64,000 bases of DNA from Phycisphaerae bacterium (lineage in GTDB: Bacteria > Planctomycetota > Phycisphaerae > Sedimentisphaerales > UBA12454), in contig JBAZHC010000003.1 of the NCBI GenBank assembly GCA_041652575.1, forward strand, positions 143,052 to 207,051, read 5' to 3'. Under the pieces are notes generated by a model. It worked only from the letters and a program-made list of their open reading frames with translations. It was not told the DNA's origin and made no database searches. This document shows positions 1 through 8,679 of this stretch, in pieces. The position numbers and the translations under genes are program-made. Each line of letters begins with the position of its first letter. The first letter of the stretch is position 1.

Positions 1-1
1 T

Positions 2-94
2 TCGGAAGAGATGCGTCTGCCTATGACGCCGCTGGATGACTCGCAGAAAGAAACGCTGCGTAAACTGCTTAAAGATTACGGCCTGAACGCCTAA
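2..94 (+). CDS. 3' end of a gene that starts upstream of the window; possibly a DapA/NAL-family lyase C-terminus
   Basis: Frame 2 is open from the window edge to TAA at 92-94 (SEEMRLPMTPLDDSQKETLRKLLKDYGLNA*). Only 30 aa are visible. The tail resembles DapA-family C-termini, but that is weak evidence. Confidence 0.3.
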   Translation, partial: SEEMRLPMTPLDDSQKETLRKLLKDYGLNA

Positions 95-146
95 AATAAA
101 TTTCACTATAAAAATACTCAAAGGAAACAGTTTAAAGGAGAGTCTG

Positions 147-3100
147 ATGAAACGAATCCTGTTTTCCATAGTGTGTATTTCTATTGTTTCCGCTGCCTTT
201 GCCGAACCAAATGTACCGGATATGAACACTCAATTAATCCAGGCTGCAAAAAAAGGCGACCTTGCGGCCGTACAAAATCTGCTGGATAGCGGTGCCGATG
301 TAAACGCCAAAAGAAACATCGATGGTGTTACAGCCCTTATATGGGCGGCATTGAACGGGCGTACGGAAGTCGTTAAACTTCTTTTGGAAAAAGGCGCTGA
401 TGTTAATGCCGTATCCGACAGCGGCCTGACCGCCCTGGATGCGGCAAAAACTCAGGGCCATACTGACATTGTGCAAATACTAAAAAGACCAAACATGGCT
501 ATTCCTGTCACAAAAAATGTATCGGACTCGAACACTGAAAATTCTGCTCTGTACAAAGCGACCTATGAAGGCAATCTTGAAGAGGTTAAATCGCTTATTT
601 CCAATGGCGCCGATGTCAATGCCAGATGGCCGAAGCGATTTGATTCTTCGCCGCTGCACTTTACTGTCAGTAAAGGGCATGAAAATATGCGCACATTGTT
701 CGAAATTTCCGGGTTCAAGGCCGATGAGATAAAAGATAGAACAAAAGATGTAAACTATCCCAGATTATATGCGGATATAGTCTCTTTGCTGATTGCCAAC
801 GGCGCAGATATCAATGCGAAAGATTCTTTCGGCTGGATGCCTCTGCATACCGCAGCCCAATTCGGCTATTCAGATATGGTAAAACTGCTTGTTGCCAAAG
901 GTGCAAAAATCGATGTTTTTACAGCTTCAGCGATTGGAGATATCAATGCCGTAAAAAGTTTCATAAATAAAGACCCAAACGAAATTAATTTCACAATAAA
1001 TGGCTATACTCCGCTACATGCAGCCGCACAATGCGGTCGAATGGAAGTAGTACAATATTTAATTGAGAAAGGAGCTGATATCAATGCCGGGTATCCCCAA
1101 AAACCTACGCCATTATTTAGCGCAACGACTAAAGGTAATGTTGCTATTTTAGAATTACTTGCCAGCAAAGGAGCCAAATTAGACAGTGAAGAATTTCTCC
1201 CGTTGTTTGGCGCAATATGGGCACAAAATAAAGAAGCAATTGATTTTCTCATATCTAAAGGTGCAGATGTCAATGCCAAAGACAGCCGTGGAGCTACCGC
1301 CCTGATTATGGCAGCAGATATGGGCTACTATGATATTTGCGAATGTCTAATTGCTAAGGGCGCTGATGTAAATGCAGAAGATAAAAATGGCGGAAATGTT
1401 GTAACATCTGCATATATGAAAGAACATTTGGATGTAGTCAAACTGCTGTTTGAAAAAGGAGCAGATGTCAATGAAAAATACAAAGACGGACAGACTGCGT
1501 TAATGGTAGCTTCTGAAGACGGGCACCCCGATATAGTAAAATTACTTATAGAAAAAGGCACTGATATTAATACTAAAAACAACAATGGCAAAACAGCGTT
1601 AGATATAGCAAAAGAGAAAAACCATACCGACATCGTGCAAATACTTGAAAAAGCTTTAGAGGTTGATAAATTCCCGCTTTGTAATGCTGCTAATAGAGGT
1701 AATATAGAAAAAGTCAAAGAACTTATCGCAAAAGGATATAATGTTAACGAACGAGATGACGCCAACTGGACGCCTCTTCACAGGGCTATTCAATCAGGCA
1801 ATAAAGAAATAGCAGCGATTCTTATAGCTAACGGCGCAGATGTAAATGCAGAAAATAACATCGGCGGTATTCCCATAATGCTGGCTGTCATACGAGATTA
1901 TAACGACATATTTGAGATGCTCCTCGCAAAGGGGGCACAAAGAACGATTTATGTCGCAGCCGCACAGGGAGATATTGAGGAAGTTCGGGCATTGTTGAAA
2001 AAAGACCCAAACCTGATTAATACGCCGGCTAAGAATGATGGCTGGAGTGCACTGCACTGGGCGGCATATATGGGACATTGGGATATGATTAAGTTTCTTA
2101 TTGAAAATGAAGCAGATACAAATATCCGCGCCATTAGAGAAAACAGCGGCGGCGAGGCTACTCCTTTATTCTGGGCTGTGCGTAAAGGCCGTTTGGATGC
2201 CGCAAAATTTCTCATTGACAAGGGCGCCGATGTTAAAATTAAAATAAAAGGTGGTTCAACAATCCTGCACTGCCCTGGGACCTTTGAAACTGCCAAATTG
2301 CTCGTTGACAATGGTGCTGACGTTAATGCGAAGGATGATCACGGAATGACGCCGCTGCACAGCATCGCTGACAGAGGCGGCCTTTATGTAGTGCAGAATG
2401 TTCTTTTCTGGAACAATGGCGGTAACGCAAATACATGGAAAACGGATTATGATAAATACCGTGATGCCGCGGAGAAGGTTACTGCCCAAATAGCAGCGAT
2501 GTTAATAGCCAAAGGCGCTGATGTAAATGCAAAAGATGAAAAAGGCAATACGCCGCTTTCTAATGCCAAAGCGACAAATAATAAAGCCTTAATTGAATTG
2601 CTTGAAAAATATAATACGACCGCTGCAAGCGGAGAGCTATCGGCAGAACAAACATTGGATTCATCCCTAAATATAGATTGCGGTATCTTATATTGTGCTC
2701 GCGATGAAAAAAATAATGTTTCGGATATTTTCATAGCTGACCCCAAACTGCACACAAAAATAAATCTGACTCGCGGCCGGCTTAAAACCGAAGGATGGAG
2801 TCAGCCATGGGAACCTGTAGGTTCTCCTGATGGACAAACTGTTGTGCTTCGCCAATTTAAGCGTCTTGATAATGGGAAAAAAATTGAAAACAGGATTTGG
2901 CTGCTCGATATGAAAGACCAGAGCCTGCAACAGGTGCCCGGCAATTTCGGTCGTGCAGGCGGGTTTGCATGGTCGCCGGACAGTTCTTCGTTTGCTTTTT
3001 ACAATGAAAACGAAATCACCGTCTGCGACAAAAAAACACTCAACCTTAAAACCGTGGCGACTGAAGGCGATACGTTCTGTTGGTCGCCGGATGGTCAATG

Positions 3101-4058
3101 GCTGGCTTTCACGAAAAAAAATGAGAATACTTATGCGCTGCAACTGACATCACAGAAAAATAATGAAAAAAAACAGGTAACTACCGGCCTTGATACAGAT
3201 AATATCTGTTGGTGCCCGGATTCCCAAAAGCTTGCTATTATAAAAAATAGTCAACTTTCCATAGTATTATTGAATGGTGAGATTCAAAAGCAGTATGGCC
3301 AGGCCAGCAATATCTATAGCTGGTCACATAATGGAGCATACATTGCTTATGGAACAAAAATATCTGAAAAACAAAGAAGCTTACGGATACTGTCATTGGC
3401 GGATGAACAAAAAATGCAAATCGACTTTCCCGGCGATAATTCAAACGGTATCTGGTCGCCTGAAAGCGATTTGCTCGCGTTCTGGAACATGATGGGAAGC
3501 GATACAACTTTGATGATCGTCGGACCTGATGGCAAAAATACTCAAAAAGTAGATTCACCGCATTTGTCAGGTTTTATGCCGCCTTCGTGGCTTCCTGTTC
3601 GGCAAACTAAACAGGGATATCAGGACGAAAACAAAATAAAGATCCCTGCCGTGAACGAACCCGGTTCACCCAACAGCATAACATTCAAGTCCGTCGAACC
3701 GGCTCCTAACGCCTTCGATGCGTGGTGCCTTGAAGGAATGATACCTATCGGAGACGCCAACGCAGTGTTTTGGTATGTTGTTATCCAGCCGGATGGTCAG
3801 GAGTGCGAAAGACGAGATTTCCCCAAATCGGCCGTGAACAGGTATTATAAATCGTACTTCAAGCCCGGCTCTTCAAAATGTACCCCTCGCGTTTTTTACA
3901 ATAAGTCTATAAAAGTTTGTGTTCGAGCTGACAAAGACAGCGTTGTTTTCGAACAATCAGATATTGATTTTTTTAAATTCCAATTTTTCAAAAAAAATGC
4001 CGCTGGCCAGATAGACTGGAATCCATTTAAAACAATCAACGCAGTCCTTGAGCCATAA
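147..4058 (+). CDS. Secreted giant ankyrin-repeat protein with a C-terminal PD40/TolB-like beta-propeller and an unassigned roughly 170 aa tail
   Basis: AAGGAG lies upstream of the ATG. N-terminal signal peptide is MKRILFSIVCISIVSAAFA. About two dozen ANK units follow (G-DVNA, TPLH/TALxxA, LLxxGA), up to about aa 815. Repeated WSPDG/WSPDS/WCPDS/WSPES blade motifs occur at about nt 2700-3560. Confidence 0.85.
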   Translation: MKRILFSIVCISIVSAAFAEPNVPDMNTQLIQAAKKGDLAAVQNLLDSGADVNAKRNIDGVTALIWAALNGRTEVVKLLLEKGADVNAVSDSGLTALDAAKTQGHTDIVQILKRPNMAIPVTKNVSDSNTENSALYKATYEGNLEEVKSLISNGADVNARWPKRFDSSPLHFTVSKGHENMRTLFEISGFKADEIKDRTKDVNYPRLYADIVSLLIANGADINAKDSFGWMPLHTAAQFGYSDMVKLLVAKGAKIDVFTASAIGDINAVKSFINKDPNEINFTINGYTPLHAAAQCGRMEVVQYLIEKGADINAGYPQKPTPLFSATTKGNVAILELLASKGAKLDSEEFLPLFGAIWAQNKEAIDFLISKGADVNAKDSRGATALIMAADMGYYDICECLIAKGADVNAEDKNGGNVVTSAYMKEHLDVVKLLFEKGADVNEKYKDGQTALMVASEDGHPDIVKLLIEKGTDINTKNNNGKTALDIAKEKNHTDIVQILEKALEVDKFPLCNAANRGNIEKVKELIAKGYNVNERDDANWTPLHRAIQSGNKEIAAILIANGADVNAENNIGGIPIMLAVIRDYNDIFEMLLAKGAQRTIYVAAAQGDIEEVRALLKKDPNLINTPAKNDGWSALHWAAYMGHWDMIKFLIENEADTNIRAIRENSGGEATPLFWAVRKGRLDAAKFLIDKGADVKIKIKGGSTILHCPGTFETAKLLVDNGADVNAKDDHGMTPLHSIADRGGLYVVQNVLFWNNGGNANTWKTDYDKYRDAAEKVTAQIAAMLIAKGADVNAKDEKGNTPLSNAKATNNKALIELLEKYNTTAASGELSAEQTLDSSLNIDCGILYCARDEKNNVSDIFIADPKLHTKINLTRGRLKTEGWSQPWEPVGSPDGQTVVLRQFKRLDNGKKIENRIWLLDMKDQSLQQVPGNFGRAGGFAWSPDSSSFAFYNENEITVCDKKTLNLKTVATEGDTFCWSPDGQWLAFTKKNENTYALQLTSQKNNEKKQVTTGLDTDNICWCPDSQKLAIIKNSQLSIVLLNGEIQKQYGQASNIYSWSHNGAYIAYGTKISEKQRSLRILSLADEQKMQIDFPGDNSNGIWSPESDLLAFWNMMGSDTTLMIVGPDGKNTQKVDSPHLSGFMPPSWLPVRQTKQGYQDENKIKIPAVNEPGSPNSITFKSVEPAPNAFDAWCLEGMIPIGDANAVFWYVVIQPDGQECERRDFPKSAVNRYYKSYFKPGSSKCTPRVFYNKSIKVCVRADKDSVVFEQSDIDFFKFQFFKKNAAGQIDWNPFKTINAVLEP

Positions 4059-4068
4059 AACGGAGATA

Positions 4069-5139
4069 TTATTTCGCCTTTTCCTGTTCGTAGTTTACCG
4101 CTCGAATAGGATAAGGAATTATTATTCCTTCTTTGGCATATCTCTCATGCAGTCTCTTCACGAATTCGTGCTTAATTATATACTGGTTCACAAACTCGCT
4201 GGTCCTGAGGATTACTGTAAAGTTTACACTGAAATCGGCGAATGTATGATACCTGATAAACGGCTGGAAATCCGGAACCCCTCCGGCGACTTCCTTCATT
4301 ACTTCTTTGCCGACTTCGCAGGTAACGGCCTCGACTTTCTTTAAATCGCTGTCATAATGCACGCCAACATTTACCAATACCGCCATTTCCTTGTCCGGCA
4401 TACAATAGTTTGTAGCGATGGCCTTGGTCAATCTCTCGTTTGGAATCAGAATCACGTTGTTGGGCAGCGTTCTTATCTTGGTCGCACGCCACGTAATATC
4501 GATGACATATCCTTCTTCACCTGTATCCAGCTTGACGTAGTCGCCGACTCTGATTTGCCTGCTCATAGTAATATAAAAACCTGCAAAGACGTTCCCGAGC
4601 GTATCCTGAAGGGCTAAAGCTACTGCTAAGCCGCCTACGCCCAAAGTGGCGAGAATCGGCGTTATGGAATAACCAAGTGTATCTATGATAATCAGAATTC
4701 CAACCGCGAAAATCGCAACGCGGGCGATGTTTTCGGTCAGTGAGGTCATAGGCATAACCGATTCGAACTTATTCGAATACGCCTTTATCACTGCCGTTGA
4801 TAAGCTAATCGTTACCAGGATTACAGAAAAAATACCCAGCGACAGAAGAATCTTGCCGGCAATATGAACCACATTCTCCGGCAGATGCGAAAATTCCATC
4901 GCAATATAAATACCCAGCATTAGAAACCATATTATGAACGGACCTTTTACAGAGGAAATTACCGCGCCGTTGATTTTCAGTTTGGATTTCATCGACCATC
5001 GCACAAACCGTGAGAACAGGACCCCTCGGATGAGATATCCGATTATAAGAGTTACAAGCACAATTGCCGCGGGTATCGCTATTTCGAAAAGAAATTGTCT
5101 CAGATGGTTATCTGCCTTTAAAAACGTATCACTAAACAT
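4069..5139 (-). CDS. Mechanosensitive ion channel, MscS family
   Basis: N-terminal TM helices are followed by the MscS core GGLAVALALQDTLGNVFAGFYITMSRQIRVGDYV and a beta-domain. AAGGAA lies upstream of the ATG. Confidence 0.85.
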   Translation of the reverse strand: MFSDTFLKADNHLRQFLFEIAIPAAIVLVTLIIGYLIRGVLFSRFVRWSMKSKLKINGAVISSVKGPFIIWFLMLGIYIAMEFSHLPENVVHIAGKILLSLGIFSVILVTISLSTAVIKAYSNKFESVMPMTSLTENIARVAIFAVGILIIIDTLGYSITPILATLGVGGLAVALALQDTLGNVFAGFYITMSRQIRVGDYVKLDTGEEGYVIDITWRATKIRTLPNNVILIPNERLTKAIATNYCMPDKEMAVLVNVGVHYDSDLKKVEAVTCEVGKEVMKEVAGGVPDFQPFIRYHTFADFSVNFTVILRTSEFVNQYIIKHEFVKRLHERYAKEGIIIPYPIRAVNYEQEKAK

Positions 5140-5178
5140 GGTAATTCCTTATTACAAGTTTTCTGCTGTTTTTCTGCT

Positions 5179-6279
5179 TTAGGACGATTTTGCTTCCGAA
5201 TAAATTTTCAGCAGGTCATTTATCATTGAACTTACGGAATTATTACTGCGCAGATAATTCTGGGCGGCAGAGGCTGTCGATTGGGCCAAAGCCCTGTCGT
5301 CGAGAAGTTTGCCAAGCGATGAATAAATACTTAACTCATCGCTGCCGTCAAATAAAACAGCGGCAGAACTATCCTGCAGAAACTCCTCAACATTATTTTT
5401 GTCGGCAGCTATCGCAAGTCCCGCACCGGCGGCTTCAATCACCGCAGGGTCGAATTCGCTCAAACGGCAGGAATGAATGAATATATCACAACCGCGAAAA
5501 ACGGCACGTAAAGGCCTGATTAACGGCGTAATGCTGACCGTCTGAACAAGACCTGTCGATTTTACAAAAGCACGAATTCGGCCTTCGGCCCGCCCCTGCC
5601 CCATAAAAATCACAACAAACTCGTAGCCGTCGACTGACAAGTGCCTGATTGCACCGAGCAGCGGTTCGTAATCACTGAATTTATCGAAGGGGCCGAGAAC
5701 TATCATGCTCGGCAATCTTTCAGGTTTTGAGAAACAGACGCATCTCTCATCGGCGAATGTACCGATATTCACCTGTGATATTTTTTCTCGCGGAAGACCA
5801 CTTTGTTCCAACCGTCCGGCAACACGGCCTGACGGAACAATAATCCGCTCAAAACCTTTTTTTATAATCATTTTCGCAGGAAAACCTATATGGCAGGAAT
5901 TTATGGTAATTACAGCCGGTATATCAAAATGTTCGGCAAGCCATTTGGCAAGCAATACCTTCGACGTGCCGTAACAGTGAATTATGTCAGGCTTGATTTT
6001 TTCAATACGCTCAATCAGTCTCCTGCGGTTCTGCATAAAAAACAATGGAAATCTCAGCGCCGGATGCTCGACTACCCCGACACCGGGAAAAAGAAAAGAT
6101 TCAATATCACTGGCAGGCGGAACAACTATCGCGGAAATTATGCCCTGAGCTTCAAAACCAAAAAGCAAATGCCGAACTGACGAACAATACTGTCTGATAG
6201 TATTGATATCGGAAATTATCAACGGACGAATAGTTCCGGCTTCGCTTTGGCTTTCTGTTATTGTTTCGTTTTGCAGCAT
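5179..6279 (-). CDS. Glycosyltransferase, GT-B fold (GT4/GT1-like)
   Basis: Rossmann-like halves and a C-terminal nucleotide-sugar region (IFIHSCRLSEFDPAVIEAAGAGLAIAA). The start is 4 nt after the panB stop (TGATTTATG), which suggests an operon. Confidence 0.6.
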   Translation of the reverse strand: MLQNETITESQSEAGTIRPLIISDINTIRQYCSSVRHLLFGFEAQGIISAIVVPPASDIESFLFPGVGVVEHPALRFPLFFMQNRRRLIERIEKIKPDIIHCYGTSKVLLAKWLAEHFDIPAVITINSCHIGFPAKMIIKKGFERIIVPSGRVAGRLEQSGLPREKISQVNIGTFADERCVCFSKPERLPSMIVLGPFDKFSDYEPLLGAIRHLSVDGYEFVVIFMGQGRAEGRIRAFVKSTGLVQTVSITPLIRPLRAVFRGCDIFIHSCRLSEFDPAVIEAAGAGLAIAADKNNVEEFLQDSSAAVLFDGSDELSIYSSLGKLLDDRALAQSTASAAQNYLRSNNSVSSMINDLLKIYSEAKSS

Positions 6280-6282
6280 AAA

Positions 6283-7110
6283 TCAGCTTATCATCTTTTC
6301 AAGTTTTTCGTATTCGCCGCTTTTCATATGGTAACTGTGTGAATCGTCGGGGAAAACGCCCTGCTTAATCTGCCTGTCATACAGAGCAATCGCTTCGATA
6401 GTTGCTTTGCCGATATCCGCAAAACTTTTTGAAAACTTCGGCATCGTCCCGTCTTTAAGATTCAAAATATCCGGCAGAACCAGAACCTGTCCGTCGCAGT
6501 CCGGCCCTGAACCGCAGCTTATCACCGGAATCGGCAGTTTCTCTGTAATTATTTTCGCCGCCTCTCTGGCGGTACCTTCCAGCAAAAGCATTAAAGCTCC
6601 TGTTTGATACATCTGCTCGGCAAGTGCGATAATTCCCGCAGCCACCTCGGCTGTCGTACCCTCCGCCTTATAACTGCCCGTCTGCGGCCTTATGCCGAGA
6701 TGAGGCATAACAGCAATACCGGCATCGACGACGGCCTTAATCGTATCGAGATGAGCCTGGACTATCTCGATTTTTACGATATCGGCGCCGCATTCCTGAA
6801 CAAATCTCTTGGCATTTTTTACCGTTTCAGCAGTGCCTGTTTTACAGCCCTCGAAAGGCATATCCGCTACCAGCAGCAAATCCGGTGCGGCACGTCTGAT
6901 TCCGGCGGTTATAGCCGCCATAAAATCCATCGTTACCGGCAAAGTGCTGTCAAAACCGAGTATAAATTGCGATGCTGAATCACCTGCCAGCAGAACATCT
7001 ACGCCTGCAGCGGCGACAAGCTTTGCGCTGGTATAGTCATAACAGCTTACCGCGGAAAACTTCAGCCCTTGCGCTTTGGCCTTACATAATGTCGAAATGG
7101 TTATCTTCAT
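6283..7110 (-). CDS. panB: 3-methyl-2-oxobutanoate hydroxymethyltransferase
   Basis: MKITISTLCKAKAQGLKFSAVSCYDYTSAKL...LLAGDSASQ...VADMPF is a typical PanB sequence. I moved the start to the internal ATG at 7110, because the 29 aa extension in the ORF track has no PanB counterpart. Confidence 0.88.
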   Translation of the reverse strand: MKITISTLCKAKAQGLKFSAVSCYDYTSAKLVAAAGVDVLLAGDSASQFILGFDSTLPVTMDFMAAITAGIRRAAPDLLLVADMPFEGCKTGTAETVKNAKRFVQECGADIVKIEIVQAHLDTIKAVVDAGIAVMPHLGIRPQTGSYKAEGTTAEVAAGIIALAEQMYQTGALMLLLEGTAREAAKIITEKLPIPVISCGSGPDCDGQVLVLPDILNLKDGTMPKFSKSFADIGKATIEAIALYDRQIKQGVFPDDSHSYHMKSGEYEKLEKMIS

Positions 7111-7382
7111 ATATACACTTTTACATAATAGGTTTAGATAACTTAAGGATATGTAAGAAAAAGGCTGTTGGCAAGCAGATTTTATAGGTCCATACACGCA
7201 TTCAGCAAACTATCCGGATAAAAAAGTGAATTATGCCAAAAAATTACAAAAATTACTTGATTTAACCAAGCAGATAGTCATAATTCCCTAAATAATTTTG
7301 GGATATCAAACCGAACCTTAATGTTCGGCATACATGAGCTTTTCATCACCCTCCTCCGAAGCCAGGCTCTTTTTATTGGGGT

Positions 7383-7451
7383 CTGGCTTTCTTGATAAAA
7401 TCAATTGACAAAATAGACAATACGGGAGACTTGGACGAAATCCTATTTGAG
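7383..7451. repeat. Copy A of a roughly 69 bp intergenic direct repeat
   Basis: CTGGCTTTCTTGATAAAATCAATTGACAAAATAGACAATACGGGAGACTTGGACGAAATCCTATTTGAG aligns without gaps to 8502-8570, with about 9 mismatches by hand count. Confidence 0.8.
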
Positions 7452-7514
7452 AGATTTAATCGGCACAATGCGGCACATTGACTTTGTTAAGTCTTTAATA
7501 TATAATATATTTAT

Positions 7515-7841
7515 ATGAAAAAAGTAATAAAAGTCATAATTTTTATGTTTTTGATTTGTGGTTTTCTTTTCGGAAATACCTCATCCGTACCACAATATTC
7601 TAACCATTCAAATCCATCTTATATATATACGCCGCAATCTGATGGGACTCTACCTGTAATACTGACATCAAAGAATCGACACGATAACCATTTCGACAGA
7701 TACCGCCTCGCCGACATTTCGACCGTTAATTTTATCGGCAAAGTATCTCTTAAATTGCTGTGGTATTCTGATAATGATAGCGGCTGCAATAATCAGTGCC
7801 GGAAAAGTCTCTTTTACCAAGACTGTCTGCTTCAAATTTAA
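7515..7841 (+). CDS. Hypothetical small secreted protein
   Basis: The ORF has a signal-like N-terminus (MKKVIKVIIFMFLICGFLFG). I saw no clear RBS and no recognisable domain. The context is AT-rich. Confidence 0.35.
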   Translation: MKKVIKVIIFMFLICGFLFGNTSSVPQYSNHSNPSYIYTPQSDGTLPVILTSKNRHDNHFDRYRLADISTVNFIGKVSLKLLWYSDNDSGCNNQCRKSLFYQDCLLQI

Positions 7842-7961
7842 TCACTCCATTTTTTCTAAAACACAGTTATATGCTAAAATCGTCCCTTAGGGCAATACTC
7901 TGCTCCGGGCGGCGAATTATTAAAATGCGTCTGACTAAAATAGAAATATGGAGTGAAATAT

Positions 7962-8411
7962 ATGAAAAACTCATTTGAATATATCGAAAAATTAATTAAT
8001 GAAAATAATGTCGAAAAAGCACTCGATATACTTAACCACAATCCCGACAGGTCTATATGGTTTCAAAATGCCCGTGCGGTTTGTCTGATGCGATTGAATT
8101 CTCCCGGAAATGCCGTAAAAACTCTTACGTCCATCGTATATCCCAACAGTTTCGTGATGATAAATCCCGATGCGCCGGACAAAATCAAACTAAACATGGC
8201 CGAAGCAATGCTGCTGACAGGGAATGTGGCTGGAGCCGTTAAATTAATAGAAAACAGTCCACAGGATTGTCCATTGCGAAATAAACTCGAAACAGCCATT
8301 AAAAAATGGAAGCTGTCATTGCCTTTCTGGTCTCGTTTAGCGATTACATTATTTGGGACATTACCCTACGATAGACCTATTGCTGTTGAACGTCCCTATG
8401 GAGTCATTTAA
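7962..8411 (+). CDS. Hypothetical protein, helical/TPR-like
   Basis: GGAG sits 8 nt upstream of the ATG at 7962; the ORF track starts at a GTG at 7953. The composition is helical-repeat-like (EKALDILNHNP...ARAVCLMRLN). No family was recognised. Confidence 0.5.
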   Translation: MKNSFEYIEKLINENNVEKALDILNHNPDRSIWFQNARAVCLMRLNSPGNAVKTLTSIVYPNSFVMINPDAPDKIKLNMAEAMLLTGNVAGAVKLIENSPQDCPLRNKLETAIKKWKLSLPFWSRLAITLFGTLPYDRPIAVERPYGVI

Positions 8412-8501
8412 GGCTATATAGCAATACAATCATTCTTAACAATTAAGGGCAGCTCTAATAATTGCTTTTGAGCAGAAGAGCATAGGTTCTCTGTTTGAAG
8501 C

Positions 8502-8570
8502 CTGGATTTCTCGATAAAATAAATTGACAAAATATACAATACAGGAGACTGGGGCGAAATCCCATTTTAG
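8502..8570. repeat. Copy B of the roughly 69 bp intergenic direct repeat
   Basis: CTGGATTTCTCGATAAAATAAATTGACAAAATATACAATACAGGAGACTGGGGCGAAATCCCATTTTAG is in the same orientation as copy A. Copy A has an in-frame TAG where the ORF track would read through copy B, so the repeat is not conserved as coding sequence. Confidence 0.8.
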
Positions 8571-8601
8571 CTTCAAAACAAAGAAACTTTCGCTTTTTTT
8601 T

Positions 8602-8642
8602 AACAATATTGTAATTTATTGCTTTTTGACTACAATTTCGTA
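8602..8642 (+). promoter_or_regulatory. Pair of palindromic sites (AACAATATTGTA, TACAATTTCGTA) just upstream of the activator gene; candidate autoregulatory operator
   Basis: The sites are at 8602-8613 and 8631-8642, with 29 bp between their starts. They match the (T/A)ACA-N4-(T/C)GTA motif seen upstream of the four sigma-54 promoters. Confidence 0.45.
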
Positions 8643-8679
8643 TGCTATATTTGTATGTTATAGTCAAAGAGAAAAAAAT

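Noticed and set aside
7359-7389. AAGCCAG-N17-CTGGCTT hairpin as a plus-strand terminator.
   Set aside because: No plus-strand gene ends upstream of it, since panB and the GT gene are on the minus strand. The stem is short with a large loop, and its right arm is simply the start of repeat copy A.
7470-7495. CGGCACAATGCGGCACATTGAC downstream of repeat copy A as a sigma-54 promoter for the 7515 ORF.
   Set aside because: Neither GGCAC has a TTGC at the required N5 spacing.
7796-7978. A 60 aa ORF bridging the two orphan genes, and a 70 aa minus-strand ORF at 8455-8667.
   Set aside because: They overlap better-supported neighbours or the intergenic repeat. They have no RBS and a low-complexity composition.
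8524-8679. N-terminal extension of the sigma-54 activator as drawn in the ORF track (TTG start at 8524).
   Set aside because: The extension reads through repeat copy B and the operator-like palindromes, is hydrophobic and low-complexity, and has no counterpart in GAF-AAA+ activators. Copy A of the same repeat carries an in-frame stop. The ATG at 8680 gives a normal GAF N-terminus.
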